DNA of 32,000 nucleotides from Acaryochloris marina MBIC11017 (GTDB lineage Bacteria; Cyanobacteriota; Cyanobacteriia; Thermosynechococcales; Thermosynechococcaceae): NCBI RefSeq assembly GCF_000018105.1, contig NC_009925.1, positions 810,001 to 842,000 of the forward strand, read 5' to 3'. Shown piece by piece: positions 24,094 to 32,000 of this stretch (position 1 is its first letter; each line of letters starts with the position of its first letter). The notes under the pieces were generated by a model. It saw only the letters and a program-made list of their open reading frames with translations, ran no database searches and was not told where the DNA came from. The position numbers and the translations under genes were made by a program.

Positions 24094-24099
24094 AAGGCA

Positions 24100-25266
24100 T
24101 TAAGCATCTTCAGAGGGAAACAGGCGCTGCCACTTCAGGGTTTGGGTCTGAGGATGGTGACGCCAACGCAGCAAACAGCAAGCCGGTTGTTCTGGACCCA
24201 GACCGGGTAGCCCTAAAGCCCGTCGCGGCGCTTCTGTCCCTAAGGCAATGGCACGCTCCACAGAACAAAGGTTCCAGCGGACTAGATTCTGCACCCCAGC
24301 CAATAGGGACAAGGTGGTTCCGGACAAAGTGCCATCAGGGAGCCGAGCAGTCCCTGCCACTACTTCAATCTGGCGAGAGTCCCAAGGGTAAACGCCATCC
24401 GGTAACCCGAGGGGGGCGAGGGCATCACTCACGAGAAATAGGCCCTTCTCAGGGCTAGCCTGAAGCATTAGCTTGAGCATCAATGGGTCAACATGCTGAC
24501 CATCGGCAATAAAACCACACCAAACTTGGTGGTGCATCAATGCTGCTGCCAATAGTCCGGGTTGACGATGGTTCAAGCTCGGCATGGCATTAAAGGCATG
24601 GGTCACCATAGAAGCACCCTGCTCAAAGGCCGCCTCTGCTTCTGCTGCCGTGGCCTGGGAATGGCCGAGACTAACGATAATATTGTGGGAACGCAACCAG
24701 GCGACCGCTTCCCCAGATGGCTCTAACTCTGGCGCTAAGGTGATGACCCGAACCCTATCTATGTAGGGCCCCATGACCGCTTGTAGGGTTTCAATACTCA
24801 AAGGCTGCAGATATTCCTGGGGATGGGCACCTCGTTTAGTGGCATTCAAACAGGGGCCTTCCAAATGGGCACCTAAAATTTGTGCTTGGCCTTTACCATT
24901 TTGTGAACGCTGAGTAGACAGGGTAGCCAAGGCTTGCTGAAACTTTTCAATGGACGTCGTCACCAACGTTGGCAAGAAACCGTCAACACCCTGCTGCCAC
25001 AAAAACTGGCAAATCTCCTGTAGTTTTGCTTGGTCAGTATGTGTCAAATCGGGAAAGGCTTGGCCTAACGCGCCATTGATCTGCAAATCAATGCCTCCTA
25101 GGGACAGCCAATCGCCTGCTAAATCAATTGCTTGCGGGGCGGGCGTTAGGGACAAAGCATCCATGGGTTGAATCGTCTGAATCACCCCATCTTGGATACC
25201 TACTTCCTGCAATTTTGAGTAGCCGATGATCCGAGCATTCTCTAGCCGGATGGGTAAAGTGCTCAT
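24100..25266 (-). CDS. nagA: N-acetylglucosamine-6-phosphate deacetylase
   Basis: 388-aa ORF. GGIDLQINGALG, AHLEGPCLN, ITLAPE, SLGHSQAT, VTHAFNAM and FIADGQHV motifs. It begins 6 nt upstream of the aminotransferase gene. Confidence 0.88.
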   Translation of the reverse strand: MSTLPIRLENARIIGYSKLQEVGIQDGVIQTIQPMDALSLTPAPQAIDLAGDWLSLGGIDLQINGALGQAFPDLTHTDQAKLQEICQFLWQQGVDGFLPTLVTTSIEKFQQALATLSTQRSQNGKGQAQILGAHLEGPCLNATKRGAHPQEYLQPLSIETLQAVMGPYIDRVRVITLAPELEPSGEAVAWLRSHNIIVSLGHSQATAAEAEAAFEQGASMVTHAFNAMPSLNHRQPGLLAAALMHHQVWCGFIADGQHVDPLMLKLMLQASPEKGLFLVSDALAPLGLPDGVYPWDSRQIEVVAGTARLPDGTLSGTTLSLLAGVQNLVRWNLCSVERAIALGTEAPRRALGLPGLGPEQPACCLLRWRHHPQTQTLKWQRLFPSEDA

Positions 25267-25276
25267 GGCCTTGACA

Positions 25277-25540
25277 CTAGCTAGCTGAGACCTCTTCTTT
25301 TGGCTCTACGGGCGTCAGTTCAATGTGATTCAGCAGGGTCGTCACAAAGGCAAACAGCAGAAAAGGTAATGACAAGACCAAAATTAATCCCCCGGTTAAA
25401 AAGGCATACATGGGGTTCTGGTATAGGGCAACGGAGGAAGCTAACGCAATGAAAATCACAATCAACCAAATAATCACCTGGGCATAGATGTCGCCAAAGG
25501 TGAGGGTGCAGGAAAAACGGTACCCTTGTAACGGATTCAT
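25277..25540 (-). CDS. Small hypothetical membrane protein (two predicted TM helices)
   Basis: 87-aa ORF, ATG at 25540. Hydrophobic stretches VIIWLIVIFIALASSVAL and GGLILVLSLPFLLFAFVTTLL. It ends 10 nt upstream of nagA on the same strand. Confidence 0.55.
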   Translation of the reverse strand: MNPLQGYRFSCTLTFGDIYAQVIIWLIVIFIALASSVALYQNPMYAFLTGGLILVLSLPFLLFAFVTTLLNHIELTPVEPKEEVSAS

Positions 25541-25723
25541 CGAAGCGTCCTCAAAAAGAATTAGAATTTCTCAATGTTGCAGGTTGTCTGGAAGGCTGAT
25601 GATCAAGAAACATGCCGTTTGCCAGAAGTGATCAAATTTTAGACAAATCCAGATCAAACGTGAGGTTTTTAATTAAAAAACAAGACTTGCTGTTCGTCTT
25701 CTCATTTTAACGTTGTCCCTGTT

Positions 25724-26284
25724 TTGCAAAGGAAAGAAGATCCCTTGAGCCATCCTGAAGTTGCCATCATTATGGGCAGTGATTCTGATTTACCGACGAT
25801 GCAAGCTGCGATCGCAGTCTGCGAAGACTTCAAAGTCACGCCCCATGTGGAAATCATTTCCGCCCATCGAACCCCTCAACGGATGGTGGAATTTGCCCAA
25901 CAGGCCCACCAACAGGGCATAAAAGTGATCATTGCCGGTGCCGGAGGAGCGGCTCATCTACCGGGGATGGTGGCAGCCCTATCTCCATTACCCGTGATTG
26001 GTGTCCCCGTGGCCAGTCGCCACTTAAAAGGATTGGATTCCCTATACTCCATTGTCCAAATGCCGGGGGGCATTCCCGTGGCCACCGTTGCCATTGGCAA
26101 TGCCAAAAATGCGGGTCTCTTGGCCATTCAAATATTGGCTGCTCAGCGCCCAGAACTCCAAGAGCAGGTCATTGCCTATCGTCGCTCCCTCTCAGAAATG
26201 GTTCAAGACAAACAGGAACAATTAGCGACGGTCGGTTATCAACAATACCTCAAGGACTATCAAGCTGCCTCCTCTGCAGGCTAA
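25724..26284 (+). CDS. purE: N5-carboxyaminoimidazole ribonucleotide mutase
   Basis: [37 protein letters not shown] and PVIGVPV motifs. There is no upstream ATG, so the start is TTG at 25724 or TTG at 25745 (after AAGGAAAG). Confidence 0.92.
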   Translation: MQRKEDPLSHPEVAIIMGSDSDLPTMQAAIAVCEDFKVTPHVEIISAHRTPQRMVEFAQQAHQQGIKVIIAGAGGAAHLPGMVAALSPLPVIGVPVASRHLKGLDSLYSIVQMPGGIPVATVAIGNAKNAGLLAIQILAAQRPELQEQVIAYRRSLSEMVQDKQEQLATVGYQQYLKDYQAASSAG

Positions 26285-26296
26285 GATTCGAACAGT

Positions 26297-27472
26297 GTGC
26301 CGGATTCAGGAATGGTAAAGCATGCATCCCCTGGGACATTGGCTTGTGAACGCGCTTGGGTCAATATCGATCTTAAAGCGCTCGAAAACAATGTTCGCCA
26401 AATCAAGCAACAATTGTTGCCCCAAACCGCACTTATGGCTGTGGTCAAAGCCGATGGCTATGGCCATGGTGCCGTTACGGTTGCCCAAACCGCCTTGGCG
26501 AATGGAGCGACTTGGCTGGGGGTTGCCACCATCCTGGAAGGGATTGAACTCCGCCAAGCCGATATCAATGCGCCGATATTAATCCTCGGGGCCACCCATA
26601 CTGTTCAAGAAATTGAGGCGATTGTTCGCTGGCAACTGCAGCCTACCCTCTGTAGTCCAGAACAAGCCCTCATCTTTTCTCGCCATTTACAACATCCATT
26701 ACCCATTCACCTCAAAGTGGATACGGGCATGTCTCGATTGGGGCCCATTTGGCAGCAGGGAGCCACCTTCATTGAATTTGTCTCCCGCCTACCGAACCTT
26801 AAAATTGCCAGTATCTATTCCCATCTCGCCACGGCCGATGATGCAGACTCTAGCTTTATGCTGCAGCAGCAAAGTCGGTTGCAGGATGTTTTAAGCCGCA
26901 TCCAAGCTCAAGATATCCCTTTACCTAAACTGCACCTAGCCAACTCAGCCGGAACCTTAGTCGGCCCTCAATTTCATTACGACTTAGTTCGAGTGGGGCT
27001 AGCACTTTACGGACTTTATCCGGCTCCCCACTTCCAGCAAGCAATTGCCCTGCAGCCAGTAATGCAAGTGAAGGCTCGAATCACCCAAATCAAAACCCTA
27101 CCCGCAGGATCGGGGGTGAGCTATAACCATACCTTCACGACTGAGCAGCCCCTCACTGTCGCAGTCGTTGGCATCGGCTATGCAGATGGGGTCCCCCGGT
27201 CCTTGTCTAACCAGATGAATGTGATTATTCGAGGACGGTTGGCCCCTCAAATCGGTGCTATTACCATGGACCAACTGATGGTGGATGTCAGCGATGTTCC
27301 CAACTTGCAGGTGGGAGAAGTGGTCACCATCTTAGGCCAGGATGGTAAGGCTTCAATCTCAGCAGAAACCTGGGCAGACGCTCTGGGTACCATTTCTTAC
27401 GAGATTGTCTGCGGGTTCAAGCATCGGCTTCCTCGCATCTTAGTCAATAGCGATGTTCCTCAGCGACTTTGA
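26297..27472 (+). CDS. alr: Alanine racemase
   Basis: PLP-lysine motif AVVKADGYGHG, HLKVDTGMSRLG, SHLATAD, VSYNHTF and YEIVC motifs. The start is GTG at 26297 or ATG at 26312. Confidence 0.92.
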   Translation: MPDSGMVKHASPGTLACERAWVNIDLKALENNVRQIKQQLLPQTALMAVVKADGYGHGAVTVAQTALANGATWLGVATILEGIELRQADINAPILILGATHTVQEIEAIVRWQLQPTLCSPEQALIFSRHLQHPLPIHLKVDTGMSRLGPIWQQGATFIEFVSRLPNLKIASIYSHLATADDADSSFMLQQQSRLQDVLSRIQAQDIPLPKLHLANSAGTLVGPQFHYDLVRVGLALYGLYPAPHFQQAIALQPVMQVKARITQIKTLPAGSGVSYNHTFTTEQPLTVAVVGIGYADGVPRSLSNQMNVIIRGRLAPQIGAITMDQLMVDVSDVPNLQVGEVVTILGQDGKASISAETWADALGTISYEIVCGFKHRLPRILVNSDVPQRL

Positions 27473-27514
27473 ACACTAGCTGATAGTCAACCTGGAATAC
27501 CCTGGGCTTCTAAT

Positions 27515-28132
27515 CTAAGGTGCAAACTGATCCATCGTCACATGTTTAGGATGTTGGGAAACACGCCGTAACCATTTGCGAACATTCGTATAAGGCTTAA
27601 GGGAGAACCCTCCTTCTGAAGCCACATGGGTATAGGCATATAAGGAGATATCGGCAATAGAATATTGAGTGTTCACAAAAAAATCTTGTTTCTCTAAATG
27701 ACTCTCCATAACGTCCAACGCGGCATATCCCCAGACTCTCCGAGCCTCCAAATCAGCCTGCCGATCCGGGGGAGACCCTAAATAGCGAATGATATAACGA
27801 GATGTCGCAATATAAGGCTCGTGACTATATTGCTCAAAAAACTGCCACTGCAACACTTGGGCCTGGGCAAAGGGCTCTGCTGGCAAAAAAGATGAGTCTT
27901 TAGCTAAGTAATGGAGAATCGCATTCGATTCAAACAACCATCGCCCGTCTGGAAGCCCCAATACAGGCACACGACCATTGGGATTCCGTTCTAAAAAATC
28001 ATTGGTCCGGCTTTCGCCTTTCAGGATATCAATATGAATCCAGTCATGCTCTATCTCTAGTAGAGACAAAAGTAGCTTGACCTTATAGCAGTTACCAGAA
28101 TAGATATCGCCGTATACTTTGAATTTGCTCAT
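27515..28132 (-). CDS. Glutathione S-transferase
   Basis: N-terminal thioredoxin-like GST domain: KVYGDIYSGNCYKVKLLLSLL..., NPNGRVPVL, ESNAILHYL. The ORF opens at GTG 28135, and ATG at 28132 is the likely start. Confidence 0.88.
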   Translation of the reverse strand: MSKFKVYGDIYSGNCYKVKLLLSLLEIEHDWIHIDILKGESRTNDFLERNPNGRVPVLGLPDGRWLFESNAILHYLAKDSSFLPAEPFAQAQVLQWQFFEQYSHEPYIATSRYIIRYLGSPPDRQADLEARRVWGYAALDVMESHLEKQDFFVNTQYSIADISLYAYTHVASEGGFSLKPYTNVRKWLRRVSQHPKHVTMDQFAP

Positions 28133-28294
28133 CACTATATCCGGACGTATAGAACCATATGACAGCGTAAAGTGCTTATCATTTGGTCTCGGATTGCAAT
28201 TCTAGCGTTTTATTCGCTTATCTCCCTAAAATCATGTTTATGGGTAAGATAGCATTTGTCTCAAACAGTACGGCCTAGTCTAGGCACAAGGGGA

Positions 28295-29041
28295 TCAAAC
28301 AGCTAAAAACTCTTGAATCACTTGATTACTCAGCTCATCAGTTGCCCCAGATGCAACAATCCCCCCCTTTTGCATAGCGTAATACCAATCCGCCTGACGG
28401 ACAAAATGGAGATGTTGTTCAACCAAAAGCACAGAGACACCTGTGGTTTCAACAATTCGACGCACAGCAGCTTCAATTTCAAGGATAATCGACGGCTGAA
28501 TGCCTTCCGTCGGTTCATCTAAAACCAATAGACGTGGCTCGCCAACTAATGCTCTAGCAATGGCTAACTGTTGCTGCTGACCACCACTCAGGTCTCCTCC
28601 CATCCGCCCCAGCATACTGGCTAAGACTGGAAAAAGTTGCAACACTTGATCAGGGATGGCTGAGCTGTTTTTGCGACCTTGAGGTCGGGCTTCTAACCCC
28701 AAAATTAGATTTTCTTGCACCGTCAGGCTAGGAATAATTTCTCGGCCTTGGGGAACATACCCAATCCCTAATCGTGCTCGTTGATCGGGGGTTTTATTGA
28801 GTAACGGGAGACCATCCAACGCAATATTGCCTGTTCGGGGAGACAGTAAACCTAAAACCGTTTTGAGCAAGGTCGTTTTACCAACGCCATTGCGACCAAT
28901 CAGGCAGACCATTTTGCCCGGGCCTACACTCATATCCACATTGCGAAGAATATGGCTTTCGCCGTAGTAGACATTGAGGTTCGAAATATCTAGGAGAGGC
29001 TGGGGGGTTCGATTTGGGGACGAGTCCATTTGATTAACCAT
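28295..29041 (-). CDS. urtE: Urea ABC transporter ATP-binding protein UrtE
   Basis: Walker A GRNGVGKTT, signature LSGGQQQQLAIARAL, Walker B LLVLDEP. It is last in a urtBCDE-ordered cluster and overlaps urtD by 8 nt. Confidence 0.9.
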   Translation of the reverse strand: MVNQMDSSPNRTPQPLLDISNLNVYYGESHILRNVDMSVGPGKMVCLIGRNGVGKTTLLKTVLGLLSPRTGNIALDGLPLLNKTPDQRARLGIGYVPQGREIIPSLTVQENLILGLEARPQGRKNSSAIPDQVLQLFPVLASMLGRMGGDLSGGQQQQLAIARALVGEPRLLVLDEPTEGIQPSIILEIEAAVRRIVETTGVSVLLVEQHLHFVRQADWYYAMQKGGIVASGATDELSNQVIQEFLAV

Positions 29042-29789
29042 CGTCTTCCTCCGGCTGTCCCAAATAAACTTCTATCACTTGGGGATTATTCTGCACTTCA
29101 TCCATGGTGCCTTCACATAAGACAGAACCTTGATGCAATACCGTGACTTGTCGGGCAATCTGGCGGACAAATTCCATGTCATGCTCGATCACAATGATCG
29201 AATGACTTTCAGCCAGGGTGATCAATAAACTGCCCACATTTTCTGTTTCCTCATCCGTTAAACCGGCAACGGGTTCATCCACTAACAGCAAATCCGGGGA
29301 TTGGGCCACAAGCATGCCAATTTCTAGCCGTTGTTTTTCACCATGGGACAGGAGTGCAGCCGGAATATCCGCTTTGGTTGTCAGTCCGATGGTTTCAAGT
29401 AAACCAGCGACGGTGCGACGTTCTGTTCCAGAAGGGCGTCCCATCAAAGTCGCCAAGACATTTTTATGGCGATTGCAGGATAAATCTAAATTTTCGCGGG
29501 GGGTAAGTTGTAGATAGACCCGCGGCGTTTGAAACTTACGACCAATCCCCAATCGAGAGATGTTGTGTTCGGATCTGGAACGAAGATTTTTACCTTTGAA
29601 TAGTGCTCTCCCGGTCGTGGGTTGAACCTTACCCGTAATCACATCCAGAAAGGTGGTTTTGCCAGCGCCATTGGGACCAATAATGACCCGCAGCTCTCCG
29701 GTGTCCATGCTGAAGTTGAGCTGGTTCAGGGCTTTAAACCCTTCAAAACTGACGGTTAAATTTTCAATTTCTAAGATTTTGTCGCTCAT
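29034..29789 (-). CDS. urtD: Urea ABC transporter ATP-binding protein UrtD
   Basis: Walker A GPNGAGKTT, signature LSHGEKQRLEIG, Walker B LLLVDEP. Its position lies between urtC and urtE. Confidence 0.9.
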   Translation of the reverse strand: MSDKILEIENLTVSFEGFKALNQLNFSMDTGELRVIIGPNGAGKTTFLDVITGKVQPTTGRALFKGKNLRSRSEHNISRLGIGRKFQTPRVYLQLTPRENLDLSCNRHKNVLATLMGRPSGTERRTVAGLLETIGLTTKADIPAALLSHGEKQRLEIGMLVAQSPDLLLVDEPVAGLTDEETENVGSLLITLAESHSIIVIEHDMEFVRQIARQVTVLHQGSVLCEGTMDEVQNNPQVIEVYLGQPEEDDG

Positions 29790-30942
29790 AGTCTACTTCC
29801 GGATCTTCAGCCAAACTAGGGTAGGTCATGATTCGCCGCGGTCGACCCAGTACAGAGCGGAGCAGTTCCTGTCCTTCGTTGCGCAGCCAACCGACAAATC
29901 CACCGGGGAGGACGGTAACAACCACCAAGAACAAAGCCCCCTGGAAAAACAGCCAAATTTCGGGGAACTGCTCACTCAAAAGACTTTTGGCAAAATTAAC
30001 GGCCAATGCCCCAAAAATGGCACCGACTAAACTGGCTCTACCCCCAACGGCAACCCAAATGACCATCTCAATGGAAAAGGCGATATCCATCGTCTTGGGA
30101 GAGATAATCCCTGATTGGACGGTATAGAGTGCGCCAGCAATTCCGGCAAGTCCTGCTGATACGGCAAAGACCAGAACCTTGAAACCCGTTGGATCGTAAC
30201 CTGAAAATCTCACCCGACTTTCGTCATCCCGAATCGCAATCAATAATCGGCCCAGCCGACCACTGGTCAACCATCGACAGAGTAAGTAGGCCAAGACTAA
30301 GAAAATAACGGTGAGGGTGTAGAAAACAGACTGGGCTTGGTCTGATCCTGCATAGACTCCAAATATTTTCGTAGTATCAGTTTTAAGGCCATTCGTGCCG
30401 TTAATCAGCTTCTGTTGGCTATTGAAAAAGTTAAAGAACACAATCAGAGACGCTTGGGTCAGGATCGAGAAGTACACTCCTCGAATGCGATTGCGAAACA
30501 CTAAGTAGCCGAGTAGGGCAGCAATTGAAGCCGGAATCAACACAATGGCTGCCAGGGTAAAGGGTAGGGAGTGAAAGGGTTGCCAAAACCCGGGGAGCTT
30601 GTCTACCCCAAATAAGGTAAAAAACTCTGGGAGCTGACCTTCCGGGAGTTGGAGCTGTAGAAACATGCCTAGGGCATATCCTCCTAAGGAGAAAAAGATA
30701 CCGTGGCCGAGGCTAAGCATGCCAGTGTAGCCCCAGATCAGATCAATACCCAAAGCCACAATCGCTAAGGACATAAAGCGGCCCAGCATATTGATGCGGA
30801 ATTCCTGGCCGATGGCGGTGAGTAGTAGGGGCGCACCAAATTGGATAAAGAGCGCGATCGCAACCACGATCACCCCTTCGATCAATAAAGAGCGTCGGCG
30901 CATGGCAAATGAGGACTTGACGGGAGAAGAATCTGTAATCAT
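29764..30942 (-). CDS. urtC: Urea ABC transporter permease UrtC
   Basis: 392-aa polytopic membrane ORF of the branched-chain-amino-acid-type permease family (GYTGMLSLGHGIFFSLGGY). It sits in the urt cluster. Confidence 0.88.
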   Translation of the reverse strand: MITDSSPVKSSFAMRRRSLLIEGVIVVAIALFIQFGAPLLLTAIGQEFRINMLGRFMSLAIVALGIDLIWGYTGMLSLGHGIFFSLGGYALGMFLQLQLPEGQLPEFFTLFGVDKLPGFWQPFHSLPFTLAAIVLIPASIAALLGYLVFRNRIRGVYFSILTQASLIVFFNFFNSQQKLINGTNGLKTDTTKIFGVYAGSDQAQSVFYTLTVIFLVLAYLLCRWLTSGRLGRLLIAIRDDESRVRFSGYDPTGFKVLVFAVSAGLAGIAGALYTVQSGIISPKTMDIAFSIEMVIWVAVGGRASLVGAIFGALAVNFAKSLLSEQFPEIWLFFQGALFLVVVTVLPGGFVGWLRNEGQELLRSVLGRPRRIMTYPSLAEDPEVDYERQNLRN

Positions 30943-30951
30943 ATGCTGCTT

Positions 30952-32000
30952 TTAAGCATCTACCATGCGTCCTTTTTGAGGGAATATGCCAGCAGGTCGG
31001 AATTGCAAGAACGTGACAATCAGTGCAAAGACCAGCACTTTCGCCATACTAGCGTTGGCGAAGAACTCAAAAACACTAGCCAGCTGAGGAAACCAGGCTA
31101 CTAGCGGACTGAGGGCATTAGCACCAATCATATAATTGGCGATGCCAATCGCCATTGCCGCGACAATGCTGCCGACCAGCTTGCCTACCCCTCCAACAAC
31201 GACAACCATAAAGGTGTCCACAATATAATTCTGACCGGTATTAGGGCCAACGGAGCCTAATAAACTCACGGCACAGCCCGCAACCCCTGCTAAGCCTGAC
31301 CCCAATGCAAAAGTGAGGGCGTCCACTCGCTTGGTGGGAATGCCTAAACAAGCGCTCATACTCCGATTTTGGGTCACTGCTCGAATCCGCAATCCCCAAG
31401 CCGAGCGTTGTAAAAACATATACATGCCAATGATGCAAACAATCGTCAACACCAGGATAAACAGGCGAACATAAGGCAATTGATAGGTGCCTAGCTTGAT
31501 CCCCTTTCGTAGCCAACCTGGCGCAGTGACATCGACATTTTGGGCACCAAACCAAGGTTTGGTGGCTGCTAGCTGATAGGTTTGTCCCAACATGCTACCG
31601 GCTGTCCAGGCGATCCCCGCAGAAAGAGGGATTAAAACAGTCCGTGCCCAACCCTTAATTTTCTCAACATTTGGCATTCGGGAAATAAGGGTCATTGCCC
31701 CAAAGTAAAGGATGCAAAACACACCTATCCCTAGCACCATCACCCAGCTCACACTCCGCACAAACTGTCGCAGAATTAAGCTGACGCCCCAGGTCGCTAG
31801 GAGTGTCTCTAGGGGCCTGCCATAGAGATGGCGAATCACTCCTTTTTCAAGAATGAGCCCCAACAACGCGGTGACGAAAAAAGCGCAGATCAATGCCACA
31901 AAAATGTAGGCACCGAACCAGGGTTGACCGAAGGATTTAAAGGCATTCTGGACCACGAAGGTTGTATAGGCACCAATCATCATCAACTCCCCATGGGCCA
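30952..32000 (-). CDS. urtB: Urea ABC transporter permease UrtB (5' end lies beyond the window)
   Basis: The reading frame stays open to the window edge. The last bases translate ..AHGELMMIGAYTTFVV, which is the conserved NLAHGE..MLGAY motif, so the listed Met is internal. The protein is polytopic. Confidence 0.88.
   Translation of the reverse strand, partial: AHGELMMIGAYTTFVVQNAFKSFGQPWFGAYIFVALICAFFVTALLGLILEKGVIRHLYGRPLETLLATWGVSLILRQFVRSVSWVMVLGIGVFCILYFGAMTLISRMPNVEKIKGWARTVLIPLSAGIAWTAGSMLGQTYQLAATKPWFGAQNVDVTAPGWLRKGIKLGTYQLPYVRLFILVLTIVCIIGMYMFLQRSAWGLRIRAVTQNRSMSACLGIPTKRVDALTFALGSGLAGVAGCAVSLLGSVGPNTGQNYIVDTFMVVVVGGVGKLVGSIVAAMAIGIANYMIGANALSPLVAWFPQLASVFEFFANASMAKVLVFALIVTFLQFRPAGIFPQKGRMVDA

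Noticed and set aside
25601-25658. Three GATCAA(A) copies (25601, 25630, 25652) in the divergent purE / membrane-protein promoter region
   Set aside because: It is a short 6-7-mer with irregular spacing (29 and 22 nt) in AT-rich DNA, which is compatible with chance.
28273-28285. Palindrome GCCTAGTCTAGGC just downstream of urtE
   Set aside because: A one-nucleotide centre cannot form a stable terminator loop, and no T tract follows on the relevant strand.
29764-29789. 26-nt overlap of urtC and urtD, and 8-nt overlap of urtD and urtE
   Set aside because: These are ordinary translational coupling overlaps in ABC transporter operons.
1-32000. Search for CRISPR arrays, tRNA/rRNA genes, integrases or toxin-antitoxin pairs
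   Set aside because: I saw no regularly spaced direct repeats, no cloverleaf-like or rRNA-like conserved stretches, and no recombinase or TA-like small ORF pairs. The only mobile element is the IS630 copy.

Overview
This looks like a cyanobacterial chromosomal segment. The HIP1 octamer GCGATCGC recurs about a dozen times (e.g. 400-407, 922-929, near 4262, 8166, 10434, 17421, 17793, 20205, 21491, 23051, 25810, 30853), and the gene content fits: urtBCDE, ho1, rsmH-ftsL-ftsI, purE, alr, nagA, a NIL-ferredoxin and DUF2949. From about 11.5 kb onward the window is ordinary core genome, with three exceptions: an IS630-family insertion that truncates a small secreted-protein gene, a heavily decayed mscL pseudogene, and an 830-bp non-coding gap upstream of ho1. 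The unusual part is 2073-11368, a six-gene block on one strand with tight spacing (gaps 9, 126, 47, 40 and 38 nt). It encodes (1) a class III nucleotide cyclase fused to a STAND/AAA ATPase and TPR array, (2) a two-domain DUF3237 protein, (3) a Family-1 (Linocin M18-like, HK97-fold) encapsulin shell protein, (4) a 665-aa FAD-dependent oxidoreductase of the amine-oxidase/phytoene-desaturase superfamily with a C-terminal extension of about 155 aa, (5) a prenyl diphosphate synthase whose motifs resemble type III GGPP synthases, and (6) a protein with a disordered N-terminal half and a beta-sandwich C-terminal half. None of the classical encapsulin cargo types (DyP, ferritin-like, IMEF, hemerythrin) and no canonical LxIGSL-type targeting peptide is visible. 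I therefore read this block as a candidate undescribed encapsulin nanocompartment system for isoprenoid or other hydrophobic chemistry, possibly under cyclic-nucleotide control. That reading rests on by-eye motif recognition and gene linkage only. I recognised no rRNA, tRNA or CRISPR array.
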